The notes under the pieces: generated by a model
What the model saw: only the letters and a program-made list of their open reading frames with translations
The model's database searches: none
What the model was told of the DNA's origin: nothing
Translations under genes and position numbers: made by a program
In this document: positions 9,855 through 19,100 of the stretch, piece after piece
Layout: each line of letters begins with the position of its first letter
Position numbering within the stretch: the first letter of the stretch is position 1
Origin: an uncultured virus (IMG/VR IMGVR_UViG_3300042564_007246)
Taxonomy: Duplodnaviria > Heunggongvirae > Uroviricota > Caudoviricetes
IMG/VR virus record: IMGVR_UViG_3300042564_007246
Reading direction: 5' to 3' (one strand)
Length of the DNA: 64,000 bases

Positions 9855-11654
9855 ATGTTTTTACAAGACTGCGAGATTGAGGATTGTTCCATTGAATATG
9901 GAGAATTAGGAATTAATGGAAAAACAGGTTATGAGATTATTCCGTCAGTCAACAGCAATCCAGTATTGCATTTTATTAGTGCTCATCCAAAAAGTTATAT
10001 AAGATTTAAGATATCACCACTATACAGATTCTTCTCTTGTCAGATAGCGCTCAATGATTCTTCGGACAATGATGCTTTAGCTAGTTTTGAAATTAAAGTG
10101 GACGGAGAAACAAGTTTTTATTCTAGAAATTTACCTAAGAATAAAATACAGACTGTGCAAATTTTTCTCAATGAAAACACTATTATTGAATTATTCTGTG
10201 AATATTCTGGAACAAGTATTTGTCATGGATTATGGATTCAACCAGAACTTTTTCAAAATCCACCAAAAAACCTAATTGATGCTTTTCAAACTTCTCTTAT
10301 ATCAACAAGAAAATATTTTGATGAAAAACTAGACTATTGTATAGCATGTTATTTTGATGAAAATAATTTTAAGTACTTTAAGTATTTTCATGAAAATATT
10401 ATGAGGCATACAAAACTAAACCTTGAATTTATTGTTTTTTGTGAAGACTATTACCCTGAAATAAAAGAATTTTCAAGATCGACAAATACAAGATTTATTA
10501 AAATTTCTGATATTTATCATGAAAAAATAATAGAAAAAAACAAAAGAGGTTTCTTAAATAAAGCATCTCTTTTTTCTATAGCAAAATTTATTAATTCAAA
10601 TAAATATTTATTAATTGATGTAGACATTGTAACAACTAAAGATATCAAAGAAATATTTGATGTTATTGAAGATGAGGAAACTTTGTATGTAACTAGAGAT
10701 GCTCATACTGAAGGACTTACCTTTGGAGAGATTGTTACTGAACCTTGGAGCGCATATGAAGGCACATCAAAATGCAAAGATATTTTGAAACTTACTCCAG
10801 AAGAATGCGCCTCTGAGCTAATTCTTAATTCTGGAGTTATTGCTGGTCACCGCAAAGCTATACTTGGTTTAGAAAGTGAACTTTACAAAATGTTACCACT
10901 TTCTAGATTTTATTTTGACGAAAACTCAAATTGTGGGCTTAGAGAACAAGCTGTTGTTAATTTAGCAACCATTAGATATGAGAAATACAAAATACTGCCT
11001 AAAAAATACAATCTGCAAGTTCTTTGGGAAGAAATAATACTAACACAAGAAGATGAAAAAATAAGTGCTATATCAGAAGATTTCGAGCCTCTTTTCGTTC
11101 ACTTCAATGGACCAGGTGCTAAAAATGATTTGAGAAAAATTTACAATGACCTTTCAGTTCTAAATGATTTTAAATATTCAAAAGAAAAAATTGGGAGAGA
11201 TTTATCTAAAATTTTTGAACACAAAAATAATATAAAAGTTCTTGATGTTCAAACAAATGAAACTATCAGTCAAAGCCTCAAAAATACTTGCAAAATAAAA
11301 TGCGAGATTACAAGAATTCTAAATAAAAGAAAAATATTTATTACAGATAATGAAATAACTGAATACTCAATAAAAGATTTATATTCGGAAATGAAGAAAA
11401 TTTCAACTGAAGAAACTTTTGATTTGATTATTGTTAGTAATTTAGAATCCAAACACAACATTCTTACAAAAATGCTGTTAGCCACGAGAATGCTCAATGA
11501 TGGATATATTTGTTTCAATGAGTATGACTATGCTGAATCAAAAATAGAGACAATAATGAAAAATAATTCGATATCTAGTGAATACAAAATAGAATTTGAA
11601 AAACAAGAAAATATAAATCAAAAAATTTATCTTTTGAGAAAAATATGCAATTAG
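9855..11654 (+). CDS. NPCBM/NEW2 domain + GT8-like glycosyltransferase + degenerate Rossmann/MTase-like domain
   Basis: NPCBM pattern AHPKSYIRF...FSCQIALND...ASFEIKVDG. GT8-type motifs LLIDVDIV, LNSGV, EQAVVN, LPKKYN, VHFNG. Confidence 0.75.
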   Translation: MFLQDCEIEDCSIEYGELGINGKTGYEIIPSVNSNPVLHFISAHPKSYIRFKISPLYRFFSCQIALNDSSDNDALASFEIKVDGETSFYSRNLPKNKIQTVQIFLNENTIIELFCEYSGTSICHGLWIQPELFQNPPKNLIDAFQTSLISTRKYFDEKLDYCIACYFDENNFKYFKYFHENIMRHTKLNLEFIVFCEDYYPEIKEFSRSTNTRFIKISDIYHEKIIEKNKRGFLNKASLFSIAKFINSNKYLLIDVDIVTTKDIKEIFDVIEDEETLYVTRDAHTEGLTFGEIVTEPWSAYEGTSKCKDILKLTPEECASELILNSGVIAGHRKAILGLESELYKMLPLSRFYFDENSNCGLREQAVVNLATIRYEKYKILPKKYNLQVLWEEIILTQEDEKISAISEDFEPLFVHFNGPGAKNDLRKIYNDLSVLNDFKYSKEKIGRDLSKIFEHKNNIKVLDVQTNETISQSLKNTCKIKCEITRILNKRKIFITDNEITEYSIKDLYSEMKKISTEETFDLIIVSNLESKHNILTKMLLATRMLNDGYICFNEYDYAESKIETIMKNNSISSEYKIEFEKQENINQKIYLLRKICN

Positions 11655-13123
11655 AAATTCAAAAATATCTTAGATCTGGAAAAAATATTCAAGATCTTAT
11701 ATGGGAATACGATCTTCAAGCTTTTTATTCTGATCAATATCCAGATTTAGTATGTTTTGATTATTCAATAATATCACCTAAATCAGAAAAAATAGTTCAA
11801 GAAGCTAGAGGTTTAGTATTAAAAAAACAAAATTGGGATGTTGCCTGTATATCAATGCCAGCATTTGAATATTTTAATGAAGATTTTGAATATTCAAATG
11901 CAAGAGCTTTAGAAAAATATGATGGCTGTTTGGTGATTCTTTTTTATTATGAAAATGAATGGATAACTGCTACTAGATTTTCAGTTGATGGCGATTGTTA
12001 TGTAGCATCTGCATACACAATTGAAAAAAAGCTAAAATGGAAAGAGTTATTTTATCAAGCAATATATGATATGGGTTTTGAAAAAGATTATTTTCTTAAC
12101 TCGTTAGACACAAATAAATGTTATAGTTTTGAACTATGTTCAAATGTAAATAAAAATATTGTAATTTACGATGATACTTTTGTAAAATTAATTTCAATAA
12201 CTAATAAAAATACTTATATTGAAGAAAATATATTTAATAATAAACTATTTCTCAATATTTTTTCAGATTTTTTACCTAACAGTTTTTATATCAACTCAAA
12301 GAATGATGTAAACACTTATTTAGAAAAAAATCATCCTGGTTTTTCTTTAGAGGGTTTAGTGCTCTTGGATGAAAAATTTAGAAGAATCAAAATTAGAAAT
12401 AAAAATTATGATGCGATAACTTCTACTGTGGCTCTATCAAACGAAGAAAAAGTTGAAGATTATATCCAAAATTTAATAAAAGCAGTTTCCCCGCCAATTG
12501 AAAGTTTAAAATATTGTTACACGTACCCTCTTGACCCCACTCAAAGAATTCTTTGCAATTCTGATACTATACCACTACCATCAGGAGCATATCTTATATC
12601 TTTCAATAATGCTGATTGTACCACATGTGATAATACTATGCTTTTCTCATGGTGTCGAGACAATGGTGATGGTACTCAGAACTGTGTTGGAGGGTCTATT
12701 TCAGCACCCTATGACCCTGGCTATCTTAACGGTACTTACACAATAGATCAATATGCCGGTCCATATTTAGATTTGAATTGTGATGGTACTTGTCTTTCAT
12801 ATGAACTACCTCCTGGAGAATTATCAATAATGTCTACCAAGACAAAGGGATGTACATCAAGTTGGATTCCAAAAAAACAATCAGATGACCAACCAGTAGC
12901 TTCGTCAATAATTGAAATAAGCCAATGGTTTAGAAATCAATTTATGAAGTATAAGTCTGGAGATACAGAGAGTAAAGAAAAAATGTTAAGTGTATGGGAG
13001 TTGGCATTCTACCAAATGAATGAAGGTAAAGGAATTACAACTATTCTAATCAACTCTTCATTAGAAGAACAAATGAATGCAATACAGAAATACAATGATA
13101 TGAGCAGAAGAAATCTGCTTTAA
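11645..13123 (+). CDS. T4 Rnl1-like RNA ligase/nucleotidyltransferase with Cys-rich insertion
   Basis: EARGLVL, motif I EKYDG, FEL, motif IV EGLVL, motif V-like RIKIRN. Confidence 0.7.
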   Translation: MQLEIQKYLRSGKNIQDLIWEYDLQAFYSDQYPDLVCFDYSIISPKSEKIVQEARGLVLKKQNWDVACISMPAFEYFNEDFEYSNARALEKYDGCLVILFYYENEWITATRFSVDGDCYVASAYTIEKKLKWKELFYQAIYDMGFEKDYFLNSLDTNKCYSFELCSNVNKNIVIYDDTFVKLISITNKNTYIEENIFNNKLFLNIFSDFLPNSFYINSKNDVNTYLEKNHPGFSLEGLVLLDEKFRRIKIRNKNYDAITSTVALSNEEKVEDYIQNLIKAVSPPIESLKYCYTYPLDPTQRILCNSDTIPLPSGAYLISFNNADCTTCDNTMLFSWCRDNGDGTQNCVGGSISAPYDPGYLNGTYTIDQYAGPYLDLNCDGTCLSYELPPGELSIMSTKTKGCTSSWIPKKQSDDQPVASSIIEISQWFRNQFMKYKSGDTESKEKMLSVWELAFYQMNEGKGITTILINSSLEEQMNAIQKYNDMSRRNLL

Positions 13124-13180
13124 ATTAAATTATTAAATTTAAAGCTTTAATTTAAAGTTAAATATATATTCCCTAATATC

Positions 13181-13205
13181 GGGTGTACAAAAACAGAAAA
13201 CAGAA
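13181..13205 (+). promoter_or_regulatory. Putative phage late promoter GGGT-N16-CAGAA
   Basis: Matches the spacing of the repeated element found upstream of head operons. Confidence 0.45.
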
Positions 13206-13213
13206 AAGAGGGT

Positions 13214-13603
13214 ATGAAAATGGATAGATTGATCAACACTTTGAAGAAGGCAAGCACTAAAGTGGCACAGATAAGACCTGATTTAGCCACTGATATTAAC
13301 TATGCTGTCAATGACTTATCTGACACCAAAGATCCATCTACAATGATAGAATCTTATGCTAAACCTACAAGCAATATAACTGTCAAAGATAACAATGGAA
13401 TTGTGCATAGTTTTTCAGTTGAAATTAAATCTGATAAAAACAGTTCAATCCCTGACACAGAACTAATGTCAAAGATTCTTCAAGCAATAGAAGGACATAG
13501 CGTTTCTGAATTTGACAATACTAATGAGTTTTCCACAGGGTCTCCGCAAAAGTTTGAGGTTGTCTCTTTTAAATATGAAAGAAAAGAAGAGAGAGGCAAA
13601 TAG
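13214..13603 (+). CDS. Hypothetical protein, probably head-associated
   Basis: 129 aa, GAGGG RBS, N-terminal KKAS/KVAQ motifs. Confidence 0.75.
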   Translation: MKMDRLINTLKKASTKVAQIRPDLATDINYAVNDLSDTKDPSTMIESYAKPTSNITVKDNNGIVHSFSVEIKSDKNSSIPDTELMSKILQAIEGHSVSEFDNTNEFSTGSPQKFEVVSFKYERKEERGK

Positions 13604-13606
13604 TCC

Positions 13607-13623
13607 TGTACAATAGCCTTATG
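13607..13623 (+). promoter_or_regulatory. -10 element for a leaderless transcript (TGTACAAT-N6-ATG)
   Basis: TACAAT 13609-13614, ATG 13621, no SD between them. Confidence 0.5.
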
Positions 13624-14169
13624 GATGAAGATGAAATTAAAACCCTAAGGCATAGCTTCACAAGCAAAGAAGATGCTGGAAAAGTCAAAAAAAATCAGTT
13701 TGGTCACACTGTTCTTGGAAAAAGTCAAGATTTAGATATTTCTAAAACTCAAGTTGAAATTAATAATTTGGGTGAAGTTGAGGCTAACTATACTGAAAGT
13801 ATTTTGACAAATCCAGCATTTCTAAGCTTGATTAATGCATTAGAAAAAAAAGAAACAAACTTTTCTGATCAGAATAATCAAGTTTCAGACTTTAAACCCA
13901 ATAGTGTAAATTTAGCTGACTTACTCAATGAACTTGATGAAATGGATGGCACTTCTAAGAAAAAATTAGAATCATCGTCTGATAGTTCTAATCAATCTAT
14001 TGATCATATGAAATCTTGTTTGAACAAAGATTGTCTTTACTGTCTTCCTAAAGAGGCTAAATTTTGTCTCAAGTGTGGCACTGCTCAAATGCCAAAATTT
14101 TGTACTGAATGCGGATTTAGTTTTCCCTCTATGGAAAAGTTCTGCCCTGACTGTGGCAAGAAAAGATAG
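13621..14169 (+). CDS. Double zinc-ribbon (DZR) domain protein
   Basis: C-terminal CLNKDC...FCLKCG...FCTECG...FCPDCG. Confidence 0.8.
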   Translation: MDEDEIKTLRHSFTSKEDAGKVKKNQFGHTVLGKSQDLDISKTQVEINNLGEVEANYTESILTNPAFLSLINALEKKETNFSDQNNQVSDFKPNSVNLADLLNELDEMDGTSKKKLESSSDSSNQSIDHMKSCLNKDCLYCLPKEAKFCLKCGTAQMPKFCTECGFSFPSMEKFCPDCGKKR

Positions 14170-14192
14170 GTATTCAGCATATAAATCTAGTA
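14168..14192 (+). promoter_or_regulatory. Putative late promoter variant AGGT-N16-TAGTA
   Basis: Directly upstream of the neck/tail gene run. Confidence 0.4.
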
Positions 14193-14202
14193 ATTCTTTA
14201 TT

Positions 14203-14886
14203 ATGAAACAATCTTGGTTGTCAATTGCTAGAAAATGCACAGCTCTCAGAAAACATGTACTAAGGGTCGATCTTTGTGTATTCATTGATGATGAAGAAGC
14301 TTTTTCTAATGAAAATTACTTAAACTCTACAATAAAATCAATTTTATTAGCTGGTGTAGCAAAGGGTTTAGATATAATTGGAATTCTCACTCCTAACAAT
14401 TCAGCCATAGGATACAGAGCAGCTCAGATAGCCAAACAACAACAGATGGATATCACAGTTATTCCTGGACAAACTTATTTATGTGCTGAAAAAGAAGAGT
14501 TATACATATACAAGTATACAAAACCATTACCTCTGGGATTAACTATTGATAAAGTTTGCAAAGCTGTTCATGATGTAAATGGTTTTGTTGTAGCATCAAA
14601 TATAAGTAAAAGAAAAGCTCAAACATTGGAAAAATTACAAGGAAGTGAATTTGCACCAGATGCAGTTGAGATATTCAATGCTAAAGTTGGTGGATACAGA
14701 GATTTGAATATTGATTTCCCTAAATTTGTTTCTTCAGGAGCGACATCAGCTACTGACTTAGAAAATACAAATGTTTTCACTCTTCTTGACAGAAAAGATG
14801 CAGAAGAAATGAAACTCTTACAGCCTGAAGAAGGCATAGATTTTGTACCTAAATACTTAAATCCACAAGGAGTTCAAAATGGCTAG
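14203..14886 (+). CDS. PHP-domain-like protein, apparently catalytically inactive
   Basis: PHP scaffold motifs in order (RVDLCVF, KGLDIIGILTPNN, VIPGQT, HDVNGFVVAS, DAVEIFNA) with the His/Asp/Glu ligands substituted. Confidence 0.65.
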   Translation: MKQSWLSIARKCTALRKHVLRVDLCVFIDDEEAFSNENYLNSTIKSILLAGVAKGLDIIGILTPNNSAIGYRAAQIAKQQQMDITVIPGQTYLCAEKEELYIYKYTKPLPLGLTIDKVCKAVHDVNGFVVASNISKRKAQTLEKLQGSEFAPDAVEIFNAKVGGYRDLNIDFPKFVSSGATSATDLENTNVFTLLDRKDAEEMKLLQPEEGIDFVPKYLNPQGVQNG

Positions 14887-15376
14887 ATCATACTGCGGAA
14901 CAAATGATGTCAAAAGATATTTACCACCCAATGTAGTTACAGAGGGTGAAAATCCAATACCTAATTTCAGAAACCCATCACCTGAAACAGCTTCTAATAT
15001 AGACCTAGATTTTTTCATTCAACAAGCTTCAGCTGACATTGATGCAAATCTTGCTACCCAATATGATGTACCTTTAAAACAAGTAAATATTGGTGGTGAA
15101 GTTAGTTATCCACATCCTATACCTGTTGTTTGTGCGATACTTGCTGCTCAAATGTACTATTCGCAAGCATTACAAGGTGCAGATAAACAGTTTTCAGAAG
15201 CGCAAAAAGAAAGATTTGATTTCGCTCAAAATCAACTAATTAGAATTCAAAATGGCGAGATTAGATTATTTGGTCAAAGAAATACTCGCGGTGATAGATT
15301 TGTTAGATCAACACTACGTGGAACACCTTTGAACCCAGTTCAAGGTGAAAGAAGATCTAAAGGAAAAAGTCAATAG
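14879..15376 (+). CDS. Head-tail adaptor (Mu gp36/DUF1320-like)
   Basis: SYCGTNDV...ASADIDANLATQYDVPL...PIPVVCAILAA...LIRIQNGEIRL pattern. Confidence 0.7.
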   Translation: MARSYCGTNDVKRYLPPNVVTEGENPIPNFRNPSPETASNIDLDFFIQQASADIDANLATQYDVPLKQVNIGGEVSYPHPIPVVCAILAAQMYYSQALQGADKQFSEAQKERFDFAQNQLIRIQNGEIRLFGQRNTRGDRFVRSTLRGTPLNPVQGERRSKGKSQ

Positions 15377-15385
15377 GTGAATTAA

Positions 15386-16168
15386 GTGCTAGAAAGAGTT
15401 TACGATACCTTAATTGCCATTTTATATTACGAATTACCTAAAGATAATTATGGTAAAGTGGTATCTTATGACAGACCTATAACTGCATGGTATATTGGTC
15501 AAAGAGATATAAAAAATAATAATCTCTCTGTGACCCTTAAGGGAGCAAGCAGTCCATTAAAAGACATTGGCTTGGGACTTCAAGAATTTTCTCATTCAGT
15601 CACATTTGAAATTAATGCTGGTGCAGATAATATATCTATTACTGAAAGATTAGTTCAAGAAACAACTAGATTAATTTTGGCTTCTTTGAGAAAACATCGA
15701 CGTATATGGGTAGTGGAATATTGCCCTATTTGTGCAAAGTTTGCCTTATCTCCTGAACATTTTATTCAAGACCATAATGATATTTTAGCAACGTATGTCA
15801 CTGGTGTTGTAAATGATTACAACAGCTTGTGGGCAGAAACTCACCCAGCAAATATCACACCAGCAGAATTACCAAACTCAGCCAAAGCTACAGAATCATT
15901 TTTGAGAATGTACGAAGATGTAAGAAATAACGTGGTTGTTGCCAACTTGCCTTTGACCGCTAAGAAAAATATACTAAAGATGCAGTCTGATCTTGTTGAA
16001 CCAATAAGAATTATGTATGATTGCGTGGCAAACACTTCAACTCCATCCGATGACGCTACCGGACAAGCTTTATTTAGGAATGGCACTATTACTCTTGAGC
16101 TTAAGGAATTGATAAAGCAGGACAGTTATGGTCCTGATAATGTTCCTATTACAGCGATTAAAAAATAA
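15386..16168 (+). CDS. Putative tail-completion/terminator-like protein with a Zn-finger-like insertion
   Basis: Follows the adaptor gene; CPIC...H...H insert; GTG start. Confidence 0.45.
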   Translation: MLERVYDTLIAILYYELPKDNYGKVVSYDRPITAWYIGQRDIKNNNLSVTLKGASSPLKDIGLGLQEFSHSVTFEINAGADNISITERLVQETTRLILASLRKHRRIWVVEYCPICAKFALSPEHFIQDHNDILATYVTGVVNDYNSLWAETHPANITPAELPNSAKATESFLRMYEDVRNNVVVANLPLTAKKNILKMQSDLVEPIRIMYDCVANTSTPSDDATGQALFRNGTITLELKELIKQDSYGPDNVPITAIKK

Positions 16169-19100
16169 TGAGCACTGTTACACGAAAAGGATTAGAATTT
16201 ATTGTAAATCAAATTGGGAAAGCAAAATATGTTTTCAAAGATTTGATTGGCGACACTACTTACATTCGTGGAAACAGATTAGAATTTGAAAAAACATTAT
16301 TGAGATTAAAAGGCTCTTCTGTTTTTAATGATTACGATTTATCAAAAAAAGATCCAGATGGAATTATAAAATCTAATTTTACAACCTTTGATGCAACAGA
16401 TAATGTTGGTTTTGCAATTCAAGGCGGAAAAATTGTAATTGATTCCAAGATTTCATCTTTTTATAACTCTGGCTCCTGGACTCCACAAAATTATAGCCCA
16501 CCATCTACAGAAGGATGGTATATATATGATTACAATGCATGGTCAAATTATATTCCAAAGTATGATTCTTCAGGTATAGCAAATTCAAATTATGTGATAT
16601 ACCAATTTCCTTCAGTAATAGAACCAAACTCCGGATCAGGTAGAACAACTTTTGAATATCCAATAAGATATAATGGTTCGGCGTATTCTAGAGTTCAAAC
16701 TTTCAACAGTGCTAGATGGATTTCTTTTAAAAATACTTCAGGCTCATCTAAAACTGAAATAAGAGCAATTGTCCCTAAATCTACTTTTGATGGATTATTA
16801 AACGTAAATCCTTTTAATAATAAACCACTTGACTTGGGTATATATTCTCACAGTTACTTAGTTTCTAACAACATTGATTACACCCTGACATTAGATGGGA
16901 CAATGGGTGTTTTAGGCAGTTCAGATGTCTTAGATCCATTAGGATTCAATGTTCAAGAATCATCAAGCACTGGTTCAACTGTAGCAAAAATAAGAGACCA
17001 CTGGGTGTTTGATATTAATATTCCAGCATCATCCTCATGGATAAATAATTCATGGATTCACTTGGGTTTCTATTGGGGATCTTATGATACTTATTTTAAG
17101 ACAGGTTACCCATCTTATTCTGCTGGATCTGCAACATCTTTTGATAAAAATAATATAAACTCATCATGGTATATTTTTAATAGAAAAAATTTCTTTGTAA
17201 ATAATATTAATAATTTTATATCATTTGAAAAAACTGGCATAAATGATACTAATGTTTATGTTTATTCAAATAACAAAACTAATAATACTTTTATAGATCA
17301 AAAGTACTCATCTCCGAACAATTCATTTAGATATTTATTGAATGAAGATATTACAGGTTTTGCTTCTACTAATAGTTTCTTAAGTGACAACCTTATTGAT
17401 AAAGATGAATTTTTACCAGTAATCATTGCATCAAAAAATAAAGGTTTTCAATTTGATAAACCTAACCTTGACTTGACAGTTTTTCTTGGTTCTCCAATTC
17501 CTTTAACAGAAATTCCTAATATCTGGAGTGATTTTAAATACTTCCCTCAAATTAATTCCGATTATGATATTCTTTTTAAAATAATATTAGGTTACCCATC
17601 AGTTGAAACTTCTGAAATTAACGTTGATAAACTTGATGGAACTTTTGATTCAAATTTAATTTCAATAATTTATATTGAAGAAAATGCTAAAAATTCTTTT
17701 TCTCCTAATATAAATGATGGATCAGTTATAGAGTTTTTCTTACCTGCTGAAATTTCATTTTCAACTTTCATTAGAAATTTAGAGTTTGATAAGCTTTTTG
17801 ATGCATTTAGTTTAAATGTAATTCCAAGAATACTTAGATACGATATTGACAAAATAAAAGATCTTAATTCCTTTACCACTAACACTGCTAACGCATTCAA
17901 ATCAATACACAATCTGTCAAAAAATCCATCTGATACATTGTTGCAAAACAATAATGACAGTGAACCAAAAGCTATACAGTTCTCTAAACAAGGAAGCAAT
18001 TTAATCAAGATATTTACAGAAGAAGAAACTTCTAAAAATCTTGCATATATAAACAGCAATGAATCTTACATTGTTGATGAGTTGCTTTATGACAATGCAG
18101 AGTTTGAAATTTATCAACAAAAAGACGATACAGAATTAAATCAAAACTTAACTGGCACTAAGTTAGCCAGAGATTACAGTTTGAAAATAAAATTTGTAAA
18201 TAAAGATAATACATATTATGTTAAAAATTTATTTATTAACGCATCAAAATATCTTTTGTCTGATGATGAATACTTAGAAAGACAAAATAAAAATCTATCC
18301 TTATTAGGATATTACAAAAATTCTACTTTGACAGATATTGACGATTATAGAGTTCATGGATATGCAGCAGTAGTTCCTGATTTAGAAAGTCAATCTGGCA
18401 GATTAATTTCAATGAAAGCAACCTCGCCTTCTGATTCTACAAAAGTTTCAGAATCTGCTTTTGAATCAGCCTTGTTGTTAAACAATCCATCATATAGTCC
18501 AAGTCAAATATCAAATATAAAATCAGGATTTGCTCTTACTTCCATATTTTATACTGTAGATGAAACAAAATTTGATAATAAGTTTGTTGGAATTAAAGAT
18601 TTAGGCATCACTATAAGTGAATACTCTCTAGATATGAAACCCAACTGGATAAATAATACTCTTGGATTATTAGGTTCTGAAAATGAATCATTTATTGCAA
18701 AACCTTTACATATCAAAGATTTAAGATCTGACTCTTTCTTGATATCTGGATTAGGTTACACAGCTACTGATAATTCGTTAAATAATTTAGAAAATATTTT
18801 TGATCAAACCTTACCAGTGGGATTGGGTTCATCAATTTCACAGCAAACTCATTTAGGTTCAAAAGTTATAGAAAACAATAAATTTGCTATTAGAATAAAC
18901 CCTTTTGCAAATGTAGAGATAAAATCTCTGAAAATAAAATTAAAAAAGACTTCAGAATATTTAAACCCAGATGCAAAAATAACAATTCAAATATGGAGTT
19001 CAGAAAACAATTTACCTCTGAGCATCATTTATTCAGGTAGTAGTGTAAAATTAGATTCTATAACTAATATTTTTGATGAATATGAATTTTTTATAAATTA

